IMG/VR virus record: IMGVR_UViG_3300024284_000007
Location: 23,380 to 87,379 of that record
Direction: 5' to 3' (one strand)
From: a virus
Taxonomy: Duplodnaviria; Caudoviricetes
Length of the DNA: 64,000 bases
How positions within the stretch are numbered: position 1 is the stretch's first letter; each line of letters starts with the position of its first letter. Shown here in pieces: positions 14,901 through 25,018 of the stretch. The position numbers and the translations under genes are program-made. The notes beneath the pieces are model-generated. The model did not search any database. It had not been told where the DNA came from and saw only the letters and a list, made by a program, of their open reading frames with translations.

Positions 14901-16759
14901 TTAGAGCCGTCCCACGTCCCGACGACGTGCGTCCACCCGGTAGCCGCGATCGGGATGGAGGACTGCACGAGGTTCCAGTTCGTCCCGTTCCCCACCCAGA
15001 AAGTCGGGAGATTGTGCCCGGCTCCTTCCAGCGAGAACATGAAGCCCTTGTTGTCGGCGGTGGGATTGTCATTGCTCATGATGACGGTAGGGCCGGGGGT
15101 GAGCCCGTTGTAGTTGACCCAGGCTTCCGCCGTCACCGCCGACAAGGCAGGATTGTAGGATGTCAGGACGTGGCTGGAACTCGCAACGGAGAACCCGGCG
15201 ACGGTATTCCCGGGAACGAGGTCGTTGGTATTCCCGAAAGTCACTCCGGTCGCGGTCCCGGAATGACCGTTGCCGCTGGAGTCGGCGGCGGTTCCCGATC
15301 CTGCGGTCTCGTTGAGCTTCCACCATGCCAGCGGCGAGGACCCGGAGATCAGCTGGTTGTAGGCGTCGGGGAAAGCCTGCCCGGAAGAGGCGTTGTCCCC
15401 GCCGAGCGCTGCGATGATGAAAGCCGCCTGCGAGGGCGCTCCCAGTGACATGGACAGCGAGGTGCTGGCGGCGTTATATGCTGTGGTCGTGGCGGTGACC
15501 GTATCCCAGGGACCCAATCCCGATATCTCGACCACCAGCACGTTGATGGCGGCGATCTCCATGTCCGGGGCGACGTAGACCCTGTTCACCACCCGGGCGG
15601 TATTGGGGGTATAGGCAATCGAGGTGCGGACGTTCCCGTTCGAGCCCGCTGCGGGGTACTGACGCCAGTAGGAGTGGATGTCATCCCCCACCCCGACGTG
15701 GACGTTCGCGATCGCCGGGTTCTGCGTCCAGGACGCGATGCAGAACAGCCAGTTTCCTGCTGTCGGGGTCCCCGAGCCGGTGCCCACCGAGCTTGCCGGG
15801 TTCAGCTGCACGACTGCGGACTGCAGGGCGGAGGTGATCGCGGCGAAGGTGGTCCCCTGCCCGTAGCCGCCCGCCCACTGGTTGACTACCGCAGGCTGCG
15901 GGGCGGTGCCCAGGGCTGTCAGCGTGCCCGTCCCGGACAGGGCGGCGCTCGCGGGGATCCTTACCGGGGGCTGAGCAGGCGGCAGGGGGTGGCTTCTGTG
16001 CGGGGCGAAGCGCCGGAGCCAGGTGCGCCCCGGGGCTATCACCGACAGCGTGTTGTTCGCGCCGGGGGCGGCGGAGACGGCGGTGGCAGTGAGGGTGCCT
16101 GTCCCGGCGAGGGTCGCGGTGCCGCTGACCGAGGAGGTGAAAGTCAGGGTGATCTGCCCGGGAGCGCCCGTTCCCCCGGCGTGGTTGATGGAGCCGCCGC
16201 TGCCCCCGCCGCCCGCGCCGCTGCCCGGGGCGTTCCCGTTGCTCCCGGCGGAAGTGTTGCCGCCGCCGGTTCCCCCGGCAGCCCCCCCGCCCGAGCCCGC
16301 CGAGCCCCCGGCTCCGCCGCCGCCGAGTCCTCCGGCACTGCCGGTGCCGCCCGCACCGGAGCTGCCGCCGGAGCCGCCGCCGCCGGAGCCGCCGTCGTTG
16401 GATCCGGCAACCCCGGTGCCCCCGGTGCCCCCGTTGTTGTGGATGGCGTTGGTGCTGCCGGTGCCGCCCGCACCCGCGTTCTGCCCGGAGGCGTTCGCCC
16501 CGTGGTGCGCGGTGACGGTGACGGAGGTCCCCGGGAAGCTGGTGTCGGTCCCGGTGCCCCCGGAGCCGATGGTGAAGCTGATCGTGCCGGAGACCGCGAC
16601 CGAGGTGTCTTCCGCGTACTCGCCGCCGCCGCCGCCGCCGCCGGAGCGGACTCCGTGGGCGGAGGTGCCGCCGTTGCCGCCCTCGCCCCAGGCCTGGCAA
16701 TCGACGGTGGGAGCAGCCGCAGCCCACGATCCGGAGGAGGTGAACGTAACGGTAGTCAC
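11936..16759 (-). CDS. Large minor tail protein (Gly-rich N-terminus, LamG/concanavalin-like domains, C-terminal hub-like region)
   Basis: 1607 aa downstream of the tape measure; PLAWWKLNETAG, WTHVVGTWDG, ECAIYGTALTATQVSQHY motifs. Confidence 0.85.
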   Translation of the reverse strand: MTTVTFTSSGSWAAAAPTVDCQAWGEGGNGGTSAHGVRSGGGGGGGEYAEDTSVAVSGTISFTIGSGGTGTDTSFPGTSVTVTAHHGANASGQNAGAGGTGSTNAIHNNGGTGGTGVAGSNDGGSGGGGSGGSSGAGGTGSAGGLGGGGAGGSAGSGGGAAGGTGGGNTSAGSNGNAPGSGAGGGGSGGSINHAGGTGAPGQITLTFTSSVSGTATLAGTGTLTATAVSAAPGANNTLSVIAPGRTWLRRFAPHRSHPLPPAQPPVRIPASAALSGTGTLTALGTAPQPAVVNQWAGGYGQGTTFAAITSALQSAVVQLNPASSVGTGSGTPTAGNWLFCIASWTQNPAIANVHVGVGDDIHSYWRQYPAAGSNGNVRTSIAYTPNTARVVNRVYVAPDMEIAAINVLVVEISGLGPWDTVTATTTAYNAASTSLSMSLGAPSQAAFIIAALGGDNASSGQAFPDAYNQLISGSSPLAWWKLNETAGSGTAADSSGNGHSGTATGVTFGNTNDLVPGNTVAGFSVASSSHVLTSYNPALSAVTAEAWVNYNGLTPGPTVIMSNDNPTADNKGFMFSLEGAGHNLPTFWVGNGTNWNLVQSSIPIAATGWTHVVGTWDGSNIKVYLQGVLAATAVPFSGSMPAGTQNIGIGYSSTFNSNYLNGLMAECAIYGTALTATQVSQHYQAGAGWLPLDTQTQSNGSNTLADNILSAAVLPSTVFSQSITGTSSVAEDMSGFMLGVQVSAATPIPAGQNANWPYLKFEAALGAGFNTPNSELTWTDLTSRLWNWDETTGIQYQLGELQASFLEAQADNPDLALTSTNASSPYYPNIEPGTPLRLRMALGTIGGTTVNRWYILQRNAQEWTEKIDEQFRPYVNITGTDLWNALSATPPTFYRSEVFEDGPYAWWPLDDQPGTAGVLPTEMLNAAVGNTKTLGVRLSPNGALPQAIYDTDGNSLGAGSGVIVPPSIATYAAGTNSGWMFGDPVQSPASFDTGNPVSAQPGSASWQQSGHAGTTGSYGWYLICNDASFPPLANGITVEGWFNYQYLGSATGYVPTGQSGFASACQQPFTSLTLLELATSSNPVAILQLNNSGHLNLITYNGSTPTTHSVYTASDLRSESWFQVTLTATTSAWTVWINGGATAQVSGTGAGMTSAWTCLIANADFGSGGGSSPAGIQHGGNAAFSHIAVYPYILPYYRIYDHYWAATTAFGQIPAPTTPSVQWVGPAQLGGSASFTPDGSLNLGGYTGNSVPSASAVVVANIGGYTSGPSAWATGAQYFPSSTQWFALWVGWGGVASTFDVYTASSLGSETQAAVVLGAGDSFNSGYGASANGQGVGQVSGGDGSSPPTAPSSIGDTVGQRIERLMRGGRCSSPQRCIDQAPLLVQAPGSTGGGTQTGSAVQAIQESDDGMLFIDNCGNLTYWERPHLASQYSSPVWQIGPSAGKIPYYQQVNWVTDPQRVYNAITISPLSPTGAALPLITPSDATTANASQIRYGAQPLQVTSWLQDPVEMQAQADWLLSTFGTPRRRAENVFIDAAAYPAAWPLVLGINVGDIVTLEDWIIGGGGAVYTMRVTEIKRRLDFGTHNQPVTGQVTLTLDYEPVTYWS

Positions 16760-16799
16760 GCTGTCCTCCAGGAGATCAGGCTGTCAGGCACTCAGGCAC

Positions 16800-17195
16800 C
16801 TACACGAGCGATACGGTGATGCCAGCGGCGCTGACCTGGAACGTGTTGCCCGTCGCGACGTTGACCGGCTGCCCGGTCCAGGTTCCCCACAGGTGGCGCA
16901 GGGGGCTTCCCGCCGTATCCCAGATCTCCAGCCCGACAAGAGACCAGGCGCTTCCCGAATTAGTCCACGACACGGTGCCGGAATTGGATGTGGCAGCGGC
17001 GGAGACAGTATTCCAGGTAATCGCCGATCCGCCCGTGGTGTATCCCGTGCCCCCGGTCAGCTCCGTCATGTTGGACGTAGCGGTAGGGGCGGTCGTGCCG
17101 AGCCGGATCTTCGTCGCGGCGACCGTCGTGTAGGCGGTGTTATTGAGGATGGCGGCGAGGATGTTAGTGGCATCCGTCTGGTCGAACATTGCCAT
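16800..17195 (-). CDS. Minor tail protein (Thr-rich beta)
   Basis: Position in the tail module and composition. Confidence 0.7.
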   Translation of the reverse strand: MAMFDQTDATNILAAILNNTAYTTVAATKIRLGTTAPTATSNMTELTGGTGYTTGGSAITWNTVSAAATSNSGTVSWTNSGSAWSLVGLEIWDTAGSPLRHLWGTWTGQPVNVATGNTFQVSAAGITVSLV

Positions 17196-17207
17196 GGAGA
17201 TGTCCTT

Positions 17208-17816
17208 TTAGTTCAGCCCGAGGACGATGAAGCTGTAGACGGTGAGGGAATTAGACGCAGCGCCCCACAATGCCCCGAGTTCCACGTAATACGCAGCCTG
17301 AGTCCCCGAGGACCCGATCGAGACCGTGGTATTGGGGTTAGCCGTCGAGGAACTGCAGCGGGATGCCAGCAAAGTGGACGTGGTGGGATAGACCTTCATG
17401 ATCCCGTCACTCAGGAACGTGTTGGTACCCGAGCCTCCGGGAGTCACGTTGGCGATTACCACTTCCAGTTCCCATGGCACGTTCGTCAGGGATGCGGTCT
17501 GGTTGACCGCCCCGGTCGTGGCGAGGATCCCGGCAGTACCGGCGGTCAGGTTCGCTGCGGTGAGGGATCCCTGGGTGGTGTTCGCGGTCACCGCGAGAGT
17601 CAGCGCGTTCGTGCCGGTCGTCGTGGAGAGCACTCCGTGCGCCTTGACGAGCAGGGACTTGCCGGGCGCGCTGTAGCTGGGCAGCCAGAAGTTCGCGGGC
17701 AGGAATGCCGCGCCGGTCGGAAGGATGACGGCAGCAGCGGAAGTTCCGGTGAATGCCGTGCTGTTCGCACTGGCGGAGGACAGTGCCTCCGTCTGGGTGC
17801 CCGTAGTCCAGGACAT
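17208..17816 (-). CDS. Minor tail/structural protein
   Basis: Thr/Ala/Ser-rich beta-type ORF in the tail module. Confidence 0.7.
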   Translation of the reverse strand: MSWTTGTQTEALSSASANSTAFTGTSAAAVILPTGAAFLPANFWLPSYSAPGKSLLVKAHGVLSTTTGTNALTLAVTANTTQGSLTAANLTAGTAGILATTGAVNQTASLTNVPWELEVVIANVTPGGSGTNTFLSDGIMKVYPTTSTLLASRCSSSTANPNTTVSIGSSGTQAAYYVELGALWGAASNSLTVYSFIVLGLN

Positions 17817-17831
17817 GGGATGATTTCTCCT

Positions 17832-17990
17832 TTAAGCGGCGAATGCGGTAATAGTGACGGTGCGACAGCCGCGCCCGGCGTGATCGTGATTTTCGGGGCA
17901 GCAATCGCAGGACAGGGCTCCGTCCGGGTTGCTCCCGTTAAGAGTGCGCGCGGATTCCCCGCAGGAATCGCAGGTGACTTCCAGGAACAT
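17832..17990 (-). CDS. 52-aa Cys-rich peptide
   Basis: AAGGA RBS; CDSC...CDCC...HDH...C. Confidence 0.5.
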   Translation of the reverse strand: MFLEVTCDSCGESARTLNGSNPDGALSCDCCPENHDHAGRGCRTVTITAFAA

Positions 17991-18003
17991 GGCGGTCCTT
18001 TCC

Positions 18004-21000
18004 CTATGCGGTCTTGCCGGTCTGCCTGATGCCGGTCTTGCGGTTGCGCTTCGCCTGCTTGAGCAGGGCTGCCTGGATCTTGGCGACCAGCGCGTTCAGT
18101 TCCTTGGTGCTCAGGTCAGCCAGGTCGCCTTTGCCGCCGCCGGACATCGAGATGTGAATCGAGACGTTGTTGTTGACGAACGTGCCGCTCTTGAGATTGG
18201 GCGCGAGAGTGCCGCCGTACTGCCCCATCGCCGCCTGCGCGCCCAGGCCCTTCGAGGCTTTCTGGATCTGCGACCACAGCTTGTTCACCGACTTGACGCC
18301 GCCCTGACCGCCGAGGATCGACTGGGCGAGGGCATCTCCCTGCTGCGGTCCCGCCGCGATCAGCTGCGCCAGCACTGCCTTATTCAGGTGCCCCTTGCGC
18401 AGCTTCGCGATGTCCTTGGCGAAAGACTGCTCAGTCTTCAGGTAGTCCTTCATCTGGTCCTGCACCGACTGCGCCTGCTGGGTGGGATCGCCCTGCGCAT
18501 ACGCCGCGACGTAGGCGTTCCAGTCCTTGGCGTTGAACCCCTTCGTGCCGGGGCCTGCGGGGTGCATCTGCGCCGCCGTCAGCCCGGACGGGCTGGTCAG
18601 GTTCATGTTCCCGAAGATCCCGGTCCCCTTGCCGGACGGGTCGTAGCCCTGCCCGTAGGCGGCTGCCTGCGCGACGCCCTGGGCATACTTGATCTCCTGG
18701 GAGATCCGGCTCACCAGCTGCTGCGCGATCTTCTGCGCTCCCGGCCCGATGTTCTTCATGCCCGCCGCGATGCCGTCGATGATGCTGACGGAGATGTTCT
18801 TGAGGTCCTTCGAGTTCTTCATGTCCCTGCCGAGCTGGCTGATCAGGGTGTCGATCAGGTGCTCGCGCTGCGGGCTTACGCCGTGGACGGGAGCGCCCGG
18901 ATGGATCCCCAGCGACCTCATCAGCGGATGGGGACCGGTCACGGGCATGTGCGGCACTCCGGAGCCGCCCTGGGTGCCCTGCATCTGCTGCTCCAGCATC
19001 GCGAGCAGGGCGGGATTCCACTGAGCCATGCCGGAGCCCAGCCAGTACCGCATCGGACCGTAGATGGGCAGCCCGGCAAACCCCCCGGCGGCGAAGCCGG
19101 GGACATTATGCGCGCCGAGGAACGGGGCGACGGCACTGACAAGGTGCTTGGGGACGACAGCCTCGCCGGGTTCGAGCATGGCGGGGAAGATGTCCCCGCC
19201 GCCGTAGCCGGGGATTCTCATGCCAGCCTGCGCCCCGGCACGGAGCCGCATGTTCGGCGCTCCGGTCCCGGCGAACGTGGCGGGAGCTATTCCCCCTGCT
19301 GGCGTCCCGGCGGCTATGACCTGGTTGATCGTCCGGTTGATCGTGTTAATCTCGATCGTGACGACCTTGTTGTGCAGTGCGGCGATCTCGGCGTTCAATG
19401 CTGCTACCGCACCAGCGCCCTGCGCGTGCGCGGCAGCCTGGACCGTCTTGCTCCTCAGTGCCGCGATGGCGTTGTTCAGGGTCTTGACCTGATCGCTGCC
19501 GGACGCCTGGACCTGCGCCTTGACGACCTTGTTCTGCAGCTTCCCGAGCGCGGACTGCACCTGGGAAGTGTCCGCCTGGACCCTGACCTTCGCATAGGCT
19601 CCGCTGACCGCCGAGTTGATGGCAGCCTGGATTGACGCGGTGCTCCCGGCACCGGAGCGCTGGGCGACTTCTTTCGTCATGTCCAGCCCGGCTGCCTTCG
19701 GGATGCCGGAATTCGCCAGGAACGTCGCGTAATCCCGCAGCGCTCCGGTATTGACGCTCTTCCCGCCGGAATGCAGGATGCTGTCCATGAACCTGTTCTG
19801 CAGGTCCGCCCCGTGCGTGGTGAGTCCCTGGGCGAGCCCCCCGACGATTCCCGAGCCGATCTGCTGGGTGAACTGCTGGGCGTCGCGGGGAATTTTCGAC
19901 GCGGCAACCGTCCCCTGGTTCATGTTCCTGTTGTAGGCTTTGGCATTCTCCGCGAACTGGTTAGTCCAGTCCGCGACTTTCTTGAAGTCCTGCTGCTGGT
20001 TCGTCCCGGAAATGGCGGGACCGCCGAATTCCTGGGCGATCGTGGACAGCATCGACAGCCCCGCCGGGGACTTGCGCATCATCGGGAGCAGCTGCTGGAT
20101 CTGGAATGCCGCCATCTGCGTGGTCTGCCCGGGTCCCAGTGCCCCCATCGTCTGCATGTTCCGCAGCCAGTCGGTCTGACTTCCCAGCTGCGGGATGAGT
20201 CCGCTCTGGGGATTAGTGAGGACATTCCACGCCCCCGCGCCCTGCTTGGAGGTGAACGAGGTCAGTGCGTTCGCGAACGCCTTGAAAGCGGGAGGTGCCT
20301 GAAGCTTGATGCCGCCCCTGGAAGAGGTCACCTGAGCACCGCCGAGCGTGCCGAAGAAGCCGGAGGCTCCCGCCGCGCCTCCCGTCACGAGCTGCAGCAG
20401 CTGGTCGTAGGCCTGGTTGACTGCCCCGACCTCGGAATGCTGCAGTCCCGCCATCGCGGTCTGCGCGCCGACCGCCGCGCCGAACATCCCGCTGCCGTGG
20501 ACCCCGGTGAAGTTCATCGCCTGGTAGCCCGCCTGCAGGTTGGCGATCATCGTCTTCGCCTGAGAGGACAGCTTGCCGTTCTTCTCGAAAGCGCTCCCGA
20601 GCTGGAGCTGCGCCATGGTGGCGACGTCGTAGGCCTTGCCCATGTCCAGGGTGGAGCCGGTGATGCCCTTCCACACGTTCGCGACCTGCTGCCCGGCTCC
20701 GAGGGCGCTGACCATCGTGCTGGACAGGTTCTTCAGTTCCTGCTGCGCGACACTGAAGTTACTGGGAGTGCTTCCGCCAAGCCCGATCAGGGAACCGAGC
20801 GTGCCGAGCCCCCCGCTGAAGGCTTCAGTCAGTCCCTGCCATGCTTCGCCGGGCCTTCCTTTCCCGATGCCCGCGCCGATGGCACCGAAGCCCTGGAGGG
20901 ATCGCTGGACGGGGCTCATGGATCCCGCCGAGGTAGCGGGAACCTTCCCTGCCGCCTGCATCGCCGACAAGATGGAGGGAACCGCCTGCGCGAATCCCAT

Positions 21001-23343
21001 CTGGTTAATGTCCTGCATCGTCCGGTCGGCGGCGAGCTGCGCCGGGCTCTTCCAGGTGACGCCCTTGTTGATCAGGAAGGCGCTCGCGGCGAGCGCGCCG
21101 ATGTCCACCGCGCCCAGGCTGCCCATCGCCCCGGCGACGCCTCTCCCGGCGATCGTCTCGCCTTCCTTCGCGGCAAGACCTGCTGCCACGTCCTCGGCGG
21201 TCGCGGTCCTGGCGACCTGCCCGAACAGCCCGCCGGGGATCCTCGCCAGTCCGCGTGCGGCTCCTCCGACCAGTGCCGGACCCCACCGCGCCCCGCCTTC
21301 GAACGACAGGATGGGGCCAAGCGCGGGACCGAGCCAGCCGGTGAGCTTCGCCAGCCCGCCGGTAGCCCCCTGGAGGGTGGACAGCAGGTCCCCGCCGACG
21401 CCGGGAAGGTTCGGGGCGGTGTGCAGGAAGATGTCGCCGACGTTTGCCAGGACGTCACCGAGCTGCTGGAGGTATCCTGTCCCGCCCGACACGATGTCCC
21501 CGAGCTGCTTGCCGAGCCCGTGCTGGAACTCCTGGGTCATCGTCGCGGCGAACCGGTCGAACATGGCGACGGTGTTCGTGCCGAGCTGGACGAAAGCGTT
21601 CCCGGCCCCGGCGCGGAGCATGTTGACGCCCGCCCCGGCAAGCTCGAAGGTTCCCCCGGTAGCGAGGTCCTGGGCAGTCTGCAGAGGGCTGTTCTTCAGC
21701 CCCCACGCCTGCCCGGTGGTGATCCCGAGGGAATCCCCGAGGGATTCCGAGGTAGCGAAAATCGCCTTTGCCCGGGGGATGAGCTGCTCGCCGCCCTGCA
21801 TGCCGACGAGCGTCCCCATGCCCGCCGCGACCGTCGCCGGTCCCACGGTCGCCAGCAGTTCGTTGGACAGCATCATCACCCAGTGCGCGACCGGGTACCA
21901 CTTCTTGATGAACCCGCCGACCGCCGCCGACTCGACGGCAGCCCTGCCCAGGTCGAAAGAGCCGCCTCCGGCTGCGTTCCGGACCGCTCCGAGAGCGGAG
22001 CCCGCGAGGCTCCCGGCTCCTGCGGCGGCACCTCCGAGGATCCCGCCGACGCCTCCGGCGTTCCTGACCGCATCCCCGATCCTGCCCGTGACGCCGGAGA
22101 CTCCCGCGCCTGCGGCGGCGGTGGCAGCCGCTACCCCCCTGGCGATGCTGCCCGGCAGCGACTTGACCCCGTTGATGAAGTCCCTGCCCATGTCAGGGCG
22201 CTCCAGGAGATGCGCCAGGGCGGCGAACCCGCCCCCGGCGATCATGCCGGGGATCGCCGAGCTGTACCTGCGGCTCTCGTCGATCACCCGCATGACCCTG
22301 GCGATGTTCTCGCTGGAACCCAGGATGTCTTCCTGCTGACCGGGCCTGCGGGGAGGCCACGGGAAACCCGTATAGGTCCCGTACTCCCGGTGGGGGTCCG
22401 GTGTCCAGTTCGGGTTCCAGGCATCTTCCGGCGGCGCGGACCGCCGTCCCCTGCTGACGAGATCTGCCGCCTCCCTCGCGGCGTCTCGCATCTCCTGGAT
22501 GAGGGACTGCCGGGGCTGCACGGTCGCGGCAGTCCGCAGGCGGCTCAGCTCCGCTTCCGCCTGCGCCGCACCGGCATGAGCGCTCGTGGAGCCGGTGCGG
22601 AGGATGTCCATGAGCTGGCTGGAGGTGGCGATCCGCTGAATCCCGGCTTCGGCAGCCTCAGCATCCTGGGTGACGCCCTGCAGTTTCTTCCGGAAGGAGT
22701 CGATCCCCCGCTGGGCAATTCCCGAGGCGAAGGATTTCTCTATGGACTTCCCGGTTGACTCGATCTGCTGCTGCAGCTTCACGTGCTCGGCGGCGACTTC
22801 GCCGAGAGCTGTCATCTGGATGCTCTTGGACGCCTGCACGACCTTGGCGATAGCCTCGTAGTGGGCTTTCTGCTCGGCGGCTGCTTCCTTCGCTGCCGCT
22901 GCCTGGATATTCCTGGAAGCCTGGGCTACCTTCGCAACCGTCTCGTAGTACTCCTGCTGCGCCTGCTTCTGGATCCCGATCGAGGCAACGGCGATCCTGG
23001 AGACATCCTGCTGCGCTTCGGCGGTGCGCTCGCTGGCGGCAGCGAGGAACTCGTACCCGTTGGCGAGCCCCCTGACCCTTTCGGTATATGCCTGCACGGA
23101 AGTGCCGAGGCTGTCGAATTCCTTCTGGACCCGAAGGAGCCGCTGGTACTGCCCTTCCGTTCCCGCGAGCGCGGCGGTGACCTTGATCTGCATGTCCGCC
23201 AGCTCGCCGAAGGACCGGCGCGCATCTTCATTGGCTCTCGCCATCGCGATGGCGGCGAGAACAGTCTCGTCAGCTCCCCTCTTGTAATCGGAAGCATCGA
23301 AAATCGCCTTCTGCTTGACGTCGGGAAGACCGGTTGCGGGCAT
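18004..23343 (-). CDS. Tape measure protein
   Basis: 1779 aa, Ala/Gly/Gln-rich helical, downstream of the tail assembly chaperones. Confidence 0.92.
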   Translation of the reverse strand: MPATGLPDVKQKAIFDASDYKRGADETVLAAIAMARANEDARRSFGELADMQIKVTAALAGTEGQYQRLLRVQKEFDSLGTSVQAYTERVRGLANGYEFLAAASERTAEAQQDVSRIAVASIGIQKQAQQEYYETVAKVAQASRNIQAAAAKEAAAEQKAHYEAIAKVVQASKSIQMTALGEVAAEHVKLQQQIESTGKSIEKSFASGIAQRGIDSFRKKLQGVTQDAEAAEAGIQRIATSSQLMDILRTGSTSAHAGAAQAEAELSRLRTAATVQPRQSLIQEMRDAAREAADLVSRGRRSAPPEDAWNPNWTPDPHREYGTYTGFPWPPRRPGQQEDILGSSENIARVMRVIDESRRYSSAIPGMIAGGGFAALAHLLERPDMGRDFINGVKSLPGSIARGVAAATAAAGAGVSGVTGRIGDAVRNAGGVGGILGGAAAGAGSLAGSALGAVRNAAGGGSFDLGRAAVESAAVGGFIKKWYPVAHWVMMLSNELLATVGPATVAAGMGTLVGMQGGEQLIPRAKAIFATSESLGDSLGITTGQAWGLKNSPLQTAQDLATGGTFELAGAGVNMLRAGAGNAFVQLGTNTVAMFDRFAATMTQEFQHGLGKQLGDIVSGGTGYLQQLGDVLANVGDIFLHTAPNLPGVGGDLLSTLQGATGGLAKLTGWLGPALGPILSFEGGARWGPALVGGAARGLARIPGGLFGQVARTATAEDVAAGLAAKEGETIAGRGVAGAMGSLGAVDIGALAASAFLINKGVTWKSPAQLAADRTMQDINQMGFAQAVPSILSAMQAAGKVPATSAGSMSPVQRSLQGFGAIGAGIGKGRPGEAWQGLTEAFSGGLGTLGSLIGLGGSTPSNFSVAQQELKNLSSTMVSALGAGQQVANVWKGITGSTLDMGKAYDVATMAQLQLGSAFEKNGKLSSQAKTMIANLQAGYQAMNFTGVHGSGMFGAAVGAQTAMAGLQHSEVGAVNQAYDQLLQLVTGGAAGASGFFGTLGGAQVTSSRGGIKLQAPPAFKAFANALTSFTSKQGAGAWNVLTNPQSGLIPQLGSQTDWLRNMQTMGALGPGQTTQMAAFQIQQLLPMMRKSPAGLSMLSTIAQEFGGPAISGTNQQQDFKKVADWTNQFAENAKAYNRNMNQGTVAASKIPRDAQQFTQQIGSGIVGGLAQGLTTHGADLQNRFMDSILHSGGKSVNTGALRDYATFLANSGIPKAAGLDMTKEVAQRSGAGSTASIQAAINSAVSGAYAKVRVQADTSQVQSALGKLQNKVVKAQVQASGSDQVKTLNNAIAALRSKTVQAAAHAQGAGAVAALNAEIAALHNKVVTIEINTINRTINQVIAAGTPAGGIAPATFAGTGAPNMRLRAGAQAGMRIPGYGGGDIFPAMLEPGEAVVPKHLVSAVAPFLGAHNVPGFAAGGFAGLPIYGPMRYWLGSGMAQWNPALLAMLEQQMQGTQGGSGVPHMPVTGPHPLMRSLGIHPGAPVHGVSPQREHLIDTLISQLGRDMKNSKDLKNISVSIIDGIAAGMKNIGPGAQKIAQQLVSRISQEIKYAQGVAQAAAYGQGYDPSGKGTGIFGNMNLTSPSGLTAAQMHPAGPGTKGFNAKDWNAYVAAYAQGDPTQQAQSVQDQMKDYLKTEQSFAKDIAKLRKGHLNKAVLAQLIAAGPQQGDALAQSILGGQGGVKSVNKLWSQIQKASKGLGAQAAMGQYGGTLAPNLKSGTFVNNNVSIHISMSGGGKGDLADLSTKELNALVAKIQAALLKQAKRNRKTGIRQTGKTA

Positions 23344-23366
23344 GTCTCACCTCCTCGCGGGAAAGA

Positions 23367-23867
23367 TCAGGGGTCGTACTTGCGGAACTCGTCCCGTCCC
23401 GCATCAGCGAGAGAGCCGTCATCGACGGCTTCCTGCGTGGTCGGGCTGAGATAAGGGTGCGCGGGGATCTCCAGGACGTCGTGGAACCAGCCCTTGCGCG
23501 GGGAGCCGCTGTCCTTCCAGTGCAGCTTGTCCCTGTTCAGGGCGCTGACCACGCAGCCGAATTCGGTGACGCGGGAGTAATCGGAGTCGTTGCCGACCCA
23601 GGCGAACGCCCGGAGCCCCCCCCGCGAGGCGGGGATCCAGTACATGGCGTCGGCGAGCTTCCCGGTGGACATCGCGGGCGGCTCTCCCGGGCGGGCGCGG
23701 TGCCATGCGCCGGACGGTTTCTTCGTCCGGCGCAGGGTCACCCGCTGCGCCCGCTGCGCGATGTGCTTCGCCAGGGCGGTGGCAGCTGGCGCAGCTCCCT
23801 GGGCGGAGAGCTTGGCGACTTCCTGCCAGAGCCTGATGTTCTCCTCGAACGAGATCTCGCCGCTCAC
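23367..23867 (-). CDS. Tail-completion protein (HK97 gp10-like)
   Basis: PPAMSTGKLA, EFG, HPYLSPT-type motifs. Confidence 0.6.
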   Translation of the reverse strand: MSGEISFEENIRLWQEVAKLSAQGAAPAATALAKHIAQRAQRVTLRRTKKPSGAWHRARPGEPPAMSTGKLADAMYWIPASRGGLRAFAWVGNDSDYSRVTEFGCVVSALNRDKLHWKDSGSPRKGWFHDVLEIPAHPYLSPTTQEAVDDGSLADAGRDEFRKYDP

Positions 23868-25006
23868 ATCCTGCGCGCCTCCATGCGCTTCAGCAGTTCG
23901 CTGACTGCGGGCTTCATGTATTTCTCTGAGACGTTCTCCACGGAATACTCCCCGGCGAACTCACGGAGCCTGGCGTGATCGACCTGGTTACGGTCCTGGT
24001 ATGCTTTCTCGTAGGCGATGGCGATCTCGGTAACTGACGGTTTCACCCACCATCCTTTGTGGACGCCGTTCCAGAACGGCTCGCCATTGACCTCGGTGCC
24101 TAGCGGGTTCAGCTCGCTCATCGAGGACGCGGCGGTAGTGATGACCGGGGTCCCGCAAGCCTGCGCCTCCATGATGGGAATCCCGAAACCCTCCCCGAAT
24201 GCGCAGGCGGAAAGGACATCCAGCATGCCGTACCATTCCGCGAGTTCCTCCGGGCGGATCAGCCCTGCCGCGTAGCGGTACTGGTCCACCGTCCTCACCA
24301 GGTGGGTGATGCCCAGGGACTCGGCGAGAGCCTCCAGGTCCTGCCCGCCATCGGTGTGCACTCCCGAATGCAGTGCCAGCAGGGCATCCGGGTGGCTCTT
24401 CGCGAATCTCGCGAATGCCAGCATCTGCTCGGGCAGGCCTTTCCTGATCGCGTCGTTGTTGGCACCGTTGATGCCCACCACGAAAGCGTCCGGGTCCACG
24501 CCCATCATCTCGCGCAGTTCCTTCTTGCCTTCCGGGAGGGCAAAGACGTCCAGGTCGATCCCGTGCGGGACGTAGACCGGATCGAAGCCTGCCGCGCGGA
24601 ACCGGTCGTAGCCGAACCGGGACATCGCGATCAGCTGGGCTCCGGAAGCCTCCACGTTCACCCGGTCCGCCGTGGACATCGGGCGGCAGTCCGCCGGGAG
24701 CCAGTGCGCTAGCGGCAGTTCCGAAAGAAGATTCGGGTCGAGGACCCATACGTCACCCAGGGTGATCACCAGGTCAGGACTGGTCATCTTGCAGTGCTGG
24801 TGCAGTGACGTCGTGCAGTAATTGCTCCCGAAGCCGGGCAGGACGGGCATCCCGTTCCACTGGGTCGGGGATCCGGACAGCCCCCAGTAGGAGCTGATGA
24901 TCACCTCGTGCCCCATCCTGAGCAGTTCCTGTGTCCAGACGGCAGTCTGGGTGCCGTAGCCGGACGGTGCCCAGGGGGCACAGGAATGCCAGACGATCTT
25001 CGCCAC
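23864..25006 (-). CDS. Glycosyltransferase, GT4 family
   Basis: PSGYGTQ, VPHGID, EGFGIPIMEAQACGTPVI. Confidence 0.9.
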   Translation of the reverse strand: MAKIVWHSCAPWAPSGYGTQTAVWTQELLRMGHEVIISSYWGLSGSPTQWNGMPVLPGFGSNYCTTSLHQHCKMTSPDLVITLGDVWVLDPNLLSELPLAHWLPADCRPMSTADRVNVEASGAQLIAMSRFGYDRFRAAGFDPVYVPHGIDLDVFALPEGKKELREMMGVDPDAFVVGINGANNDAIRKGLPEQMLAFARFAKSHPDALLALHSGVHTDGGQDLEALAESLGITHLVRTVDQYRYAAGLIRPEELAEWYGMLDVLSACAFGEGFGIPIMEAQACGTPVITTAASSMSELNPLGTEVNGEPFWNGVHKGWWVKPSVTEIAIAYEKAYQDRNQVDHARLREFAGEYSVENVSEKYMKPAVSELLKRMEARRM

Positions 25007-25018
25007 TCGCGGTTCCTC

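Noticed and set aside
15900-16760. Tandem DNA repeat or microsatellite
   Set aside because: The GGC-rich periodicity is explained by the Gly-rich coding sequence of the tail protein.
11720-22758. Long plus-strand ORFs (742, 381, 668, 568, 995 and 567 aa)
   Set aside because: These are antisense shadows of high-GC3 tail and tape-measure genes, with Arg/Gly/Pro-rich low-information translations.
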